Below, piece by piece: positions 1 to 12,900 of a stretch of DNA of 64,000 nt; position 1 is the first letter of the stretch; each line of letters begins with the position of its first letter. The notes below the pieces were generated by a model, which was given only the letters and a program-made list of their open reading frames with translations, was not told the origin of the DNA and ran no database searches. The translations under genes were made by a program, and so were the position numbers. Source of the stretch: Paraspadella gotoi (Eukaryota > Animalia > Chaetognatha); contig CM119264.1 of NCBI GenBank assembly GCA_051294375.1, forward strand, positions 21,609,582-21,673,581, in the 5' to 3' direction.

Positions 1-2598
1 AAAATTACATAAAAGCTTTCTCAAAACTCTATAAAGTTTCTATTACTTTCGGCAGTAAAGGCGGGAGAAGAAAATAGAGAATTTAAAATTCATGAAGCTA
101 AAACGTTTTTATTTCTCCCCAAAAAATAGACACGAATTATTTCAAAAATTAAAAAAAACTAATTGTCAATCTGAAAACCGAACATATGGAGAATTGAAAC
201 CTTTGTTTTAGTTATATCCGGGATCAATGGTTTAATTATAAAAAAATGTTTATTATCATCGATACAAAAAAGAATGTTTGATTGCGAAGCAGAAGTTAAA
301 GCATTTAAAAAGGAATATCATCGAAGAAAAAACATTTAAAAAAGTCCAGAGAAGATATAAAAGGAATTTCCTGGGGGGAAATGTAAAGAATTCGTTGTTA
401 AATTCCCTTAAAATCTAATGATAAAAAGTTTCGAGATTGCCAAACCAGACAAGCTAATTCAGGGCTCGACCAAGGCGATCGCGTTTTTTTTTTTTTTTTA
501 TTCTCTTTTTTTTATGTATGAAGGGAAACGCCCGTTGTTGGTTTCCTCGTTTTCCCTTTGTTCCATCGAAGACCGCAAATAGTTTTTGGTCGAACGGTTC
601 TTTGTTGCGCTCAAAGTTAAATCTCTTCGACTTTACGACTTCGACGAACAAAAACTAAAGAAATAAACGATCGTTATTTTTGTTGACTCTATCAATTCTT
701 TCACTTAGTTGCTCAATAGATTTTTATTAAGAACCTTTTCCAGTTTTCTTTCGGATTTTCCTCTGAGAGGTTGACTGCAAAAGTCACGAAACCGTACGAT
801 TTTCGCTATTTAGTCTACCTATTTTTAGCTCTTGACCATATCCCAGGTGAAAACAATTTGTTTTAGGATTCGATACCTGCCTAATAAATTAGGTTCTAGT
901 ATAGTCAATCAATCTCCGAATTTCGTAATACTATTTCCTTCCTCTGGACACATTAGAGTCGTTCTCTATTGTGGAATCAGACCACAAAAAAAACTTTCTT
1001 TTTTTAGGGCAAATTTCTTTGAAAGTGTCAAAATATTACGTAAAAAATGAATCTTAAAGAAATAAAAGCAAAATAATTTCACCGATTTTCTCACACTCAA
1101 TCATCGCCGGATCCGTCAAAAATGTCGCAGATTCCAGATGAGCTGTGATTAGTCGATAACCAACGCGCTTCAACTCTTTCCCAATTCTGATTGATTTAAA
1201 AAGTCAACTTTCTTTCATGAAAAAACAAAGAACAAAACGTAAAGCGGAAAAAAAAAACCCCGGAGGCTTCACTTCAAAAGGTTTGGCGGGTTTCCAGAGA
1301 GCTGTTAACGACATCGGTTTTTGAACTTGACTACAATTTTTTTTCTTTTTTGTCTTTTACTTCCGTTTTTGTTGAGACTTTACAATGCGTCTTGTTGTTC
1401 CCAGTTTCCCAAAACGAATCGTTTTTTTAATAAATAATCACTGACGCTGTAAGGATTCACCACGAATATATTTCTCCCTCGACTCCCAATCAACCCCCCC
1501 CCCCCACCGGAACCCCCTTCAAAATCGACCTCGAGAATCTCCGCTCTTCAAAATCTCCCTTTAAAATCCTTAAAAAAATTCTGCTTTTTAACGACGGCCG
1601 ATTTTTTTGCGCACTTCCCTTCATGAGCTCTTCACACAATCGTTTCTTAAAGATCCGCCTCCCCGCGCCGCCCTTCCTACTTCGTCTTTTCACACTGCCT
1701 CAACACTGTGACTTTCCTCGCCACGCCACCTCTCAGCGCCGGCTTTCCCCCGCGGCGCAGCTGCCGCCTTCCCCCGCGGCGCTGCTGACGCCCCGCCGCA
1801 TTGCCGCGCACCTCCAACGCGTTCGCGAGCCCAGTTTCGCTTTCCCCTTCGAAGTCGCGAGACGTCGTCGTGTTTTTCGTCGTCTTCGTCGTCGCCGTCT
1901 TCGTTGTCGTCTTCTTTGCGTTAGTCGTCTTACGTTGGGACAGAATCGCTTTCTATTTTTTTATTCGCTTAAAGCTTACGATTATTTGAAATTGGGTTCG
2001 AAATATCATCAATGTTCCTTTCATTGTTTCTGCAAGGATAATTTTAAAATGTAAAACTTAGATGCTCTATTTTTGTCTGTTTCATTCTTTACGTTTTTTT
2101 TCCCTCTTTATTTATTTAAAAGCTCAACTTACGTGTTGTCATTTATATGAAATTGATACAACCAATATAAAAATTATCCATTCATTTAATATGCTTCTGC
2201 CGTGGCTAAGCTTGGTCCATATGGCTTTAATACTTTCTTCCATATTTTCTCATTCACCTCCATAATTTCTTATCCTCGGGACTGATCTCGTTTTTCTGCT
2301 ATTTTCTTCATTTGTCATCGTTTTCCTCACCTACCTTGACTCACGACTTTTTCCTTAATATTTTTTTACTTTTTTTTAGTTTTTGCTTTCAAGTTTTCTT
2401 ACGAAGCTTAATCTTCCATTTTTTCGTTTTCTTTTCCTCTCACATTCTTTATATTTCTTATAATTCTCATAATCCTCATAAACCCATTAATCCCATTTTT
2501 CTCCGTCTTTTCGTATCTTGTTATCCCTTTTATCACAAATTAGGATTAGTTCTTTGCTCGTTAATTTCTCGGATTGTATCATTTAAGTAAGCGTTGGT

Positions 2599-2660
<62 letters not shown>

Positions 2661-2703
2661 ATTCTTCGGTTTTTCTCACCTTTTCCAGCCATCAACTCCC
2701 GAC

Positions 2704-2838
2704 CTCATCATAAGATTTAGAAAATCCAACCTCATAATAAGATTTAGAAAATCCAACCTCATCATAAGATTTAGAAAATCCAACCTCACAATAAGATTTA
2801 GAAAATCCAATCTCATCATAAGATTTAGAAAATCCAAA
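2704..2838. repeat. 27-bp minisatellite x5
   Basis: CTCATCATAAGATTTAGAAAATCCAAC repeated. Confidence 0.95.
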
Positions 2839-3111
2839 AATTAATGAGCAGTTTTTCTCTTCGGCGACTTGACATTTTTTGGTCGCGATGACTTTTAAAA
2901 TTATTTATGAGTCTTTTTTAATATTTAGAACATTAACTTTAATACCAAGTTTTTATTTCAATCGTTCTTTTGTCTTCACCCTCCCCATTTTTAACCTCAT
3001 TTTTTTTCGCATTGTCATTTTGCATTCTAGTTCCAATAACGTCAGAGAAGGCGGTGAGGGATTGCGTAACTCACTCATCCATCGTAATTTCTCTCTTTCT
3101 TTTTATTTTAT

Positions 3112-3367
3112 TTTTAGTTTCACCGAGAGAACTGGCGGAGCAACTCACTAAGTAGCTTTTCGGTCGGCAGGTCTGTTTGTCTGCCCGTCCATTCATTAGT
3201 CTATACCACTTACAATAGAAATGCTTATAAGTTGGGTAACACTTCTTCAATTTAATTCATAATGACTAGAAATAAAAGGTAACATAAGACCTGTAACGTG
3301 CGTATTCATCATACTTGTTATGAAATAACAAACTGCCGCGCAACACATTAGAATTATCGTTCTTGTT
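3112..3367 (+). mobile_element. Helentron/DINE-1-like non-autonomous element, copy a
   Basis: CTTTTCGGTCGG + GTCY-type repeats, ends GCGCAACACATT...CGTTCTTGTT; shared with four other copies. Confidence 0.6.
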
Positions 3368-3927
3368 TTTTTTTTTTAAATCGAATCCACTTTTTCATCC
3401 ATCTCTTCCACCTTCTCAACCATGTTTTTATTTTCCACCCTGCCAACCACGCCTACCATGTCTCTATTTTTTATGTCCCTCGCGAAATTCTCTTGAATTC
3501 CCAATGCCTTTTAAGGGACTTTTTTAATTTCCACTCTTACTTTAGGCCCACTTATAAATCGTACCAAATGCTAAACCTCGTCTTAGTTTCTTTTCAGTAT
3601 GAATTCGGTATGAATTCTGTTCACACAAAAATGCGGAAATTATGATTAGCAAGTAAGAATTGCTTAGTCTGAAACTTTATGTCTTTGCGAGGGTTTAAAT
3701 CGACGATAAGCTAAACGACTCAACGTCTTTTCCCTCGCACCCCAAAAAAAAACTCCATCAAAACTGGAACGAACCTCGCGCGCAACACCAGGCTATCTTT
3801 CGGATTCTTCCCTTTTTCCTGGATCATTCTGCCAAATCGGAAATATAGTATTTTCGCCGAAAATCGATCCTTCGTAGAGAAGTTAAAAATTTAAAGAGAC
3901 CCCCCCCCCTCCGCCAAACGTGGACAG

Positions 3928-4116
3928 ATGGCGTCGGCGACGGGGGACGAATCCTCCAGCATCTCGTCGACGGACGTGTCGTCGTTGTCGGCGTTTTCGT
4001 CGTCGTCTTCGTCGTCGTCGTCGTCGTCGGACGATATGACGGAAGGGCGGACCACGGTGATACCGCCCTTCTCCCTTTGGAACGGAAGTGCGTGGAATGG
4101 ATCTCTGCTAAATGGG
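3928..4116 (+). CDS. GPCR exon 1 (Ser-rich N-terminus, N-glycosylation sequons)
   Basis: ATG at 3928, [11 protein letters not shown]...[13 protein letters not shown], donor GTAAGT at 4117, phase 0 fits exon 2. Confidence 0.7.
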
Positions 4117-7100
4117 GTAAGTGGGGTTGAAGTCTTTATCTCTTACCCTTAACTTATTTCTTACACAGTTTTCTTTGTGGGCGTAACTCGTCACCAAGGC
4201 TTTTTAAATACTTCTGTCATTTTTTAATTCTTTCTTTTTCGTAAGCGCGCATAAATCTCATTTGCATCTTGTTGTCTCCGTCGTAAAAAATTACGTGTAA
4301 AAATATTTTGACTGGTATAGAATTTCTTGCTAATTAAAAAACATATATATATATTTATATATACATATATATATTGCGTAAAATTTGAATATTCTTAATT
4401 GTAATATTTAGCTGAGACGAGAATACGGTACTCTTACTTAGTCTTAGAAAGATCCTGCATAATTTGGGACCAGTGGAAATTCATCCGAAATCGAAATTCC
4501 TATCGCCACTTGAGTCAACTACATTCAGTTATATGATAAGGGTATCAGAATCTTATCGTAATAATACAAATTTGGTTCATGAAGCGTACTTTGAAATTAG
4601 GAAGTTACCAGCCTTCCACGATTATTAAGTATTCAAAGGTTAGCGTGATCAAATAAATGTATATTTGACACTTTCTTCATCTCCAAGGAAACGACGGCCG
4701 ACGGAAACAAGGACGAGTATCAGATGCTGGAGTATCAGATCTCCATCGTCGTCCCGCCCATGTTCGCCATCATCAGCATCATCGGTGAGAAAATCATTGC
4801 GATTGCAAATTGTGCGAGATATTCGTGTCGATACTTCCTCTGTAGCTTAAGACACGTTATCACCGATTCACCCGTTTAAAAATATTTTTTGTGTAAAATT
4901 TAAGCGTCATTTCCTTCACAGCTTTACTTGATCTCAATGGACAGGAATATTTATTTACGAATTTGCGTGAATTTTCTTTAAGTTAATCATAATCCATCAT
5001 TTTCGCTTATTCATCGAAAACCGGCAGCGCCCGCAGCGCCTGCAGTACCTGCAGCACCTGCAGAAAGGGAGGCAACGAAGAACTAAAAGAGACAATAAAA
5101 TAAAGTGCTTTGGTCGACTCTCCCTAATTTTTACGAGATCCCTTTCGCCAACTCTCACTCCTTCCAATTTTCCCTTTTTTATCTTTCTTTCTATCTTTCT
5201 TTCTTTCATTTTTTTTCCTTTTCTTCTCTTATCATCATCAATCCTCTCTACTTATAAAGTGATTTATAATTTAACTATCGATCATTTCCTTCTTCGCTCA
5301 CTCACCAGATCGCCTCCTTAATTGTCTTCCCTTTTTCTTTAACTCACCTCCAGCCCTTCATTTCGCTCTCCGGGTCTCCCCCCCTCCTCCTTTCTCGCCT
5401 CCCGCCCTTACGCTCAATGAATTCACCATTTTTCAGTCTTTTCGACGCGTTGTTGTTGTTGTTGCGAACGGTACATCAAAAACTCCCGGTTCTGGTGATC
5501 GAACCGCGAACCACAAAATCGCGATTTGGTTAACGTTGCATGTTCGGCCGTGGGGCGTTCGTTCCGTGGCAGCGTCGGGGTTTCGGCGACGAGGGCTGCT
5601 GTAGAGTTGGCGTCGGAGGCAGCAGAGAGGCGAGTTGTTGGCGGTGGTGATAGGGGCGGCGGCGGTGGCAACAGAGGTGGCGAGGTGTTGGCGGTGGTGA
5701 TAGGGGCGGCGGCGGTGGCAACAGAGGTGGCGGTGGTGATAGGGGTGGCGGCGGAGGCAGCAGAGGTGGCGAGGTGTTGGCGGTGGTGATAGGGGCGGTG
5801 GCGGATTTTGTGAACCAGAACCCGAGTCTTCGTCTCAGATTCTCCAAGGAAAATGTTTTTCACGCTTGAACGAAGTTTGACGCGAAATCGAAAAGGAGAA
5901 TCAATCTTCTCACTGATTTTTTCACACTTTCACTTTTTTTTAACATTTGTCCTGTCCTAAATTTTTTTCACATTTTTCCTTCTTAATTTATTTTAATGCT
6001 ATTTTTTATAAGTAGAAAACAATCTCAAGTTGTTTTTTTTTATAATGTATTGAGTTTATTTATATATATTTATATATATATTATATATATTTATATTTAT
6101 TCCTCTCCTTCCTCTCAAGAAACCAGCAAGGTCGTTTATCGATATTTTTTTATTTACATGTTAATCATTGAATGCTTATTGAGTAATGACTAGGACTGGA
6201 CGTTGCTTTTTCTCTTCGATGGGGACTGGGGGCTGTAGGAAAAGAGAGAGAGAAAGAGAGAGAGAGAGAACGAGAGAGAGAGAGAGAGAGAGTGAGAAAG
6301 AGAGAGAGAGACAGTGAGAGAGAGAGAGAAAACCCCCTCATTTCCATCCCATTGATTTTCAGAGCCTTGCTTGAAAGAAGTATAAATTTCTTTTTCCTGT
6401 GAATTGACGATCTCATGAACCTTTTTCTTTTTTTCTTTTTTATCGAGCGAACTCCTTTTTCGTTGAAGGTTTTCATGCAGCGTACCTTAGTCCTCCTCCA
6501 TCGCCGTACCCTTGACCCTATTTCGTTATTTCGTTAACAATCGTCCTTTTCGCGTTTTCTCATACGTCCTCTCTCCCCCCTAAACCCCCTAACCCTCCCC
6601 CAGCCCCACCTCCTCGCAAGATATCGACTGATTAATGCGTTTTCATTCTCGCTGGTCCCTTTTCATCGCGAAGACCCGGAATTACATTCCCCGCCGAAAA
6701 TAAGATGGCGCTGGTTGAGAGAATAAAGAATCTTCAATCTTTCGCCGCAGGAAAGAAAGAAGTTCTTAAATGTAATATCTTACTTATTTCTCGAAATGAA
6801 CTTGGTTTCGGCTCAGGAGATCGTTTCCGAAAGTCTGATTACGAGTAACAGAAGCGGCTCCTCTTCTTCTGTTATGAAAATCCTCCCTGACAACAAAATC
6901 CCAATGTACGTTCTTCCTTTTCCATTTTTGTCGGAAATTTGTTCCAAGAATCCATCGCCTTCTCACTCGTCACCTTCGCTCGATTTCAGCCTCCCTTAAA
7001 AAAAAGAAAAAGAAAAAAAAGAAATTCTAATCTTTCTCCACTAATTCCCACTTTGTTCCCCCGCGCCAAACCCATCCTTTCTTCGATGATCAGGGTGCCT

Positions 7101-8760
7101 GTCATGATTGGCCGATGGGTTTGGTCCTGAATTCCCCCCCCCCCCGCCGACACCGCCCCTTCGCTCTTCTCGCTCTTCACGCGGTCTTCGTCTTTGTCGT
7201 CGTCATTGTCGTCGTCGTTGACGTCGCCGTCTCCGCGGACGAAACGAAGAGATGAATGAGAAGTCTCGAAGGAAAGTGGATGGCGAGAGATGAGAAAACG
7301 CTTGTCAAGGTTGTTAGTCGCGGAGCCGCCAGAGGCGCGAGAGAGGTCTTTGGGAAAATCAATCATCTTGACGATAGAAGAAGTTTGAGAAGAACTGCTC
7401 GTAACGATCGTCGACAAGCTGGGAAACTCTTTGGAGAATTTCATCTCGGTTTCGAACTGGACATTAAAAACTCTCTGAAGAATGGTCGAGTAGAAATCAA
7501 TTTAAATGCCCGGGCTTGTCCGCGACCGAGAGAGGAAGAACTTTTTGGGGGGAAGAGCGTTTTAAGGTCAGAAGAAAGGTGTCGTCGTCACTTTGATGGT
7601 CCGAGCGAGAATACATCCTCTTCGAACGCGTCGGAGACAAGCAATTAAGAGGCGACGGAGGCGGCGTGGGTCGAGATGGAAAAATGTGAAAGAAGAGGAG
7701 GTGTGAGGTGAACATCACGAAGTAGATCTATTCTCGGAGTGAAAAACCATTTTGGTTAACGAAGTCAATTTTTCTATTTAATCAAATTTTTCTTTTAGCT
7801 TTAGAAATAAAGATAAAATTTTATATTTTTTCTATTATTATACGTAGTCGGGTCTGAGGCTTGAAAAGATATTGATTCAACAATTTTGATCTAACAAAAT
7901 TTTTAATCAACAAAACTTTTTTCAAAGAAAACGATATTTTTTTCGTTTTGAATTGAGGTCCGACACCAGCAGCATTTTTTTGTTTGAAACCAGGCTTTTC
8001 CGATTTTTCCCCCGCGACTTCCAATATTTCAAGTTGAAAGTCAACGTCTAATCTCCGTTAAGCACTCGCGCTGCGCAATGTTCAACGAAGAACAGAGGCG
8101 TCACTTCACTTTACTTACCTTTTTATTATTATTATTATTATCATTATATATTCATTCATGCTTTTTTCCATTAAATTCGTATAATAATTGTTCATTCATC
8201 CAATTTCTTTATTCGTTCATTTTTTTAAAATTTCTTTATTCGTTTTTTCTTCATTCATTTCCTAACACCTTCTTTCATTCAAACCTTAATATCTTCATTC
8301 ATTCCTCCCAGGATTGGCGGCCAACTTGACGGTGATCTTCGTCATCGCCCGCGTTCGTCGAATCCGCAATTCGACGAACATCCTCGTCCTCAGCCTCGCC
8401 ATCGCCGACGCCCTCTTCCTCACCGTCTGCGTCCCCATGACGGCCGTCAGGTGAGACGCTCCACGCCTCCCTTCTTCATCCCTCATTTCACAATAAAATC
8501 GCCGCGTGGCGAGTTACTACAACTTGAATAGAACGATTTCTCGGAAATAAGTTTCCATGACGACAGCAGCAGAAAAAAAAGAGACCGATAGAGTCGAAAC
8601 TTCGTCGGAAAAACGGCACGACTTCAATCCCCGGAGTCATAATCCTTTCCCCTCTGCCTTTTGAATCGAAGGCCGACCTTTTGTGCTGACCCTGGCAACA
8701 AAGAGTGAGGGCCGGAGAAAGGACCGCTGTGGGATGGAGGATGGGAGGATGATAAATAAA

Positions 8761-8831
<71 letters not shown>

Positions 8832-9285
8832 CAAGTGAATGATGTATGATCTCATGAGCACATTCGGAGAGCTATTACTTAATGATCTGTTTACATTATA
8901 CGCTACGCAGCGATCGTTAAACTTCTCTATTTAAGTGCGCGAGGCGCCCGACTATAAAAATAATCCAATTCGCTTCATTGAATGTGAACTCCAGATCAAA
9001 GTTGTAAAAAAATAGATCGAGAGAAAGATCAAAACTTAGAGATTTATAAAAATGAGGAAAAAAAGAGCAAAAGAGATGAACAGAGAAAACATTTTGGCTC
9101 GATATCCTTTGGTGTCGGAAATATCTTGGAATATCTTGGTGTATTTCCCATGTTGCCTCAACTTGTGAATAAATTTATATGAGTGGGATTGGGAAGCTTT
9201 GAAATTTCTAAACAACCGAAAAAGATAAGCGACCGCGCAAGGAGCATCGGAATTGGCCTCGTGGGAGAGGAAGTGAACGAAAAAG

Positions 9286-9357
<72 letters not shown>

Positions 9358-9949
9358 GGGGGGGCAGGCATTGAAAAAAAGCGACGTCCCCGGTCTTTTG
9401 CCTCGGGGTATTAGTACCAGTTGTAGAGCAACGATCTCCAAAAATTCCATTCAGCGATGAATGGAAAGCGACGACGATGCTGAAGACTGCAACGACGATG
9501 ATGACGACGCTGACAGAGGTGACGGTAAAAAAGGACAACAATTTGTGAAAAAGTTTTTACAATTTTAAATTCGTCACCGTTTTGACTTTGTTAAGAACCA
9601 CTGACGCTCCTATGCCGATGCCGATCCAGCTCTTCCATTCCCGCATTTCCAATATTGTCATTACCTATCAGGCTCCTTGGCAATCAAACCCTTCCCGCAC
9701 CACAGCAAAAATAACTGTCTCCCGACCGATCCACTCCTTCCATGCGTCCTCCCCTCTGTCATCCGCCCTTAACTCAATGGAACCGAAGAACCGGTTCCAT
9801 CCGGCGCCACCCAGCTCGAACCGAGACTCTCTCGGCGAAGAAAAGACGCCTTTCTCCTTCGTCGACGTCGACGAAGGTCGAAGTGTCGAACGCAATTTCG
9901 CGATCTTTCTTTCGTACAAAAAGAGAGAGAGAGAGAGAGAGAGAGAAGA

Positions 9950-9998
<49 letters not shown>

Positions 9999-12900
9999 TA
10001 GCAAATACAGGCAGGAAAACGAGAGGGGAAAAAAACTGAAAAAAATAGCCTCGAATAAAAAGAAAATGCACAGATTTGCCTAAGAGAAGCAGAAAGAGAA
10101 AGAAAGATAAGAAAGAAAAGAAAGAAAGAAAGAAAAGAAAGAAAGAAAGAAGATAAAGAAAGAAAGAAAGAAAGAAAGAAAGAACAACCAACCAAACCAA
10201 CAAGAGTATTTTTTCGTCTCTAGAGATGAATGGGGAACGAGAGACTCATGTCGAGACTGAATGTGAAACGAGATTTCCGTTTTTTTTTTTTTTTTTTTTT
10301 TTTTTTGTTGCGAAGATTTTTCGATGTTGATTTCGCGTTTACATCCTGGGACCACAAGTTTTATTTTCTTCTACAATTTAATTTTAGTAGTACATTGTAG
10401 TGGTAGTATTTCATACCCACTACTCGTCCGAGAATCAGCAGCACCTATGGCGAGGAGGTAGCACGAGGCTCCTCCCAACCCAAAGGACTCGGGTTCGCGC
10501 CCTGCTGATTGACACAAGTAAAAGCGGGACGGGGCGTCTCACCCACCTGTAGTGTCGGACTACAGCCCGATCCGAAGTTCGGGACCTTGTTGTGCAACGG
10601 ACGGTAAACTGCTCGCGGCATCGTCTTCCACATTGGTGAGCCCACACGAACACGCTGGCACGTTAATACACCTCTGCCCGGGCATGTTACCATACCTCTG
10701 CCCTCGACCATCGTGTGTGAAGATGGGAGGAGGAATAGGCAGCCCCTCCTAGAGGGCTCGGGCACAAACGCGTGCATCATAGCCATCACACTTGCGCGGG
10801 TGTGTGATGCCTAGGGGGGATGTGTAGTGGTAGTATTTCATACCCCACTACTCGTCCGAGAATCAGCAGCACCTATGGCGCCGGAGGTAGCACGAGCTCC
10901 TCCAAACCAAAAGACTCGGGTTCGCGCCCTGCTGATTGACACAAGTAAAAGCGGGACGGGGCGTCTAACCCACCTGTAGTGTCGGACTACAGCCCGATCC
11001 GAAGTTCGGGACCTTGTGTGCAACGACGGTAAACTGCTCGCGGCATCGTCTTCCACATTGGTGAGCCCACACGACACGCTGGCACGTTAATACACCTCTG
11101 CCCGGGCAATGTTAACATACCTCTGCCTCGACCATCGTGTGTGAAGATGGGAGGAGGAATAGGCAGCCCCTCCTAGAGTGCTCGGGCACAACGCGTGCAT
11201 CATAGCCATCACACTTGCGCCGGTGTGTGATGCCTAGGGGGGGATGTGTAGTGGTAGTATTTTCATACCCACTACTCGTCCGAGAATCAGCAGCACCTAT
11301 GGCGAAGGAGGTAGCACGAGCTCCTCCCAAACCCAAAAGGACTCGGTACGGTCGTCAAATCGCGCGTCGAACCCCTCGCGTGATTGACTCAAGATCAACA
11401 TCGACGCTCAAGTTGAAGTCGACGGTACGGAGCGTCTAACCTCACAACAGCTCCGTACTTGGTCGGACTTACGAAGGCCTGACACGAGAGTATCGGGACC
11501 TATAGCCGATGCTGACCACGGAAGCCGATAATATCTGCTCGCAAGTTGATGCTGGTCCAGCTGCTTCTTCCATTGGTGAGCCCATCACGAACAGCTGGCA
11601 CGTTAATACACCTCTGCGGGCATGTTAACATCACCTCTGCCCTCGACCATCGGTGTGAAGATGGGAGAGGATAAGGCAGCCCCTCCTAGATGCTCCAGGG
11701 CACACTGCGCTGCATCATTAGCCAATTTCACTTGCGCGCCGGATGTGTGATGCCTAGGGGGGCATGTGTGAGTTGGTAAGTATTTCATACCCCACTACTC
11801 GTCCGAGAATCAGCAGCACCTATGGCGAAGGAGGTAGCACGAGCTCCTCCCAACCCAAAGGACTCGGGTTCGCGCCCTGCTGATTGACACAAGTAAAAGC
11901 GGGACGGGGCGTCTAACCCACCTGTAGTGTCGGACTACAGCCCGATCCGAAGTTCGGGACCTTGTGTGCAACGGACGGTAAACTGCTCGCGGCATCGTCT
12001 TCCACAACATTATAAAATTTTCGTCGGAATTAAATTTATTGATAGTGTAAGGTAAAATGGAAAGAAAGAAAGAAAGAAAGAAAGAAAATAAAAAGGGACA
12101 AAAAAAAAAGAAAGAGAAAGAACGAACAAACAAACGAATGAAAAATGAAAAAAGTTAATATTTTGTTAAAACATCCTTTCCTCGTGTACTTTTCTCGGTG
12201 CTTTTTTACCAAGTGATCATAAACGGAACTCTGGTTAAATTAACCGTCCATTTTACGAGGAGAGAGAACGAGGCGGAAGGCTTTCTTTCCGCCTTGCGAC
12301 GAAATCACAGCCGCCAGGAGAGTCGTTAGGTTTTCTCTCAGAGTTAAGGCTGAGGTAAGGTAAGCGACTCGGACCCGGAGTTGATCTTAAAAAAGGAACC
12401 GTTACTCGGGTTAGTTAAAAGTCCGAAGACTCGCACGTTTGGCGTCGAGTTATTGTGGAGTCTGAAGATGTTGTCGATTATAAAGTCTTTAACTGGCTCG
12501 AACCATTTTTTCGACAAAACTTCAGAATTCGATTTTTTTTCCCACGACTGTAAATTAAGTGTTTATTCAGGAATTTATATTTTTCGACCATCGATGAAAA
12601 AATACAGCGAAACCGACACAACGGGAAACAGAAATTAAAAGTGTTTACTGTTCACTGGTCACTTTACACAGTTAAGTGAAGAGAGATGAACTCAAAACTG
12701 TTTTGAGCAGAGTTGATCCGAAGATGATTTACGAACCGACGGACAAGAAAATAAGTTATTTTGGACGTCACCCCGTCAGACCGTCTTGCAGCCATGATGG
12801 TGAATGGCGCTTAAATTGCCCGAGGCGCTTTTACCAAATCTTATCTTTAATCGCCATCGACCTTGCCACCCACGCGGATAAATTGCCATCGACCGTGCCA

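Larger units (their letters stand above)
10396..12006 (+). mobile_element. Tandem array (~3.6 units, ~427 bp) of a tRNA-headed, twister-ribozyme-bearing SINE/retrozyme-like element
   Basis: Units restart at ~10396, 10823, 11247 and ~11767. Each has A box (TGGCGnnGGAGG) and B box (GGTTCGCGCCC), a twister-like fold and several hairpins. Confidence 0.85.

Noticed and set aside
1623-2054. 143-aa ORF upstream of the GPCR
   Set aside because: Low-complexity GC/GTC-repeat sequence with no recognisable domain or exon chain.
2704-2838. CRISPR-like 27-bp direct repeats
   Set aside because: Repeats are contiguous with no unique spacers, no cas genes, eukaryotic context: a minisatellite.
10435-11788. 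ORFs inside the tandem array
   Set aside because: Frames differ between copies and show no protein motif; the conserved signal is RNA structure.
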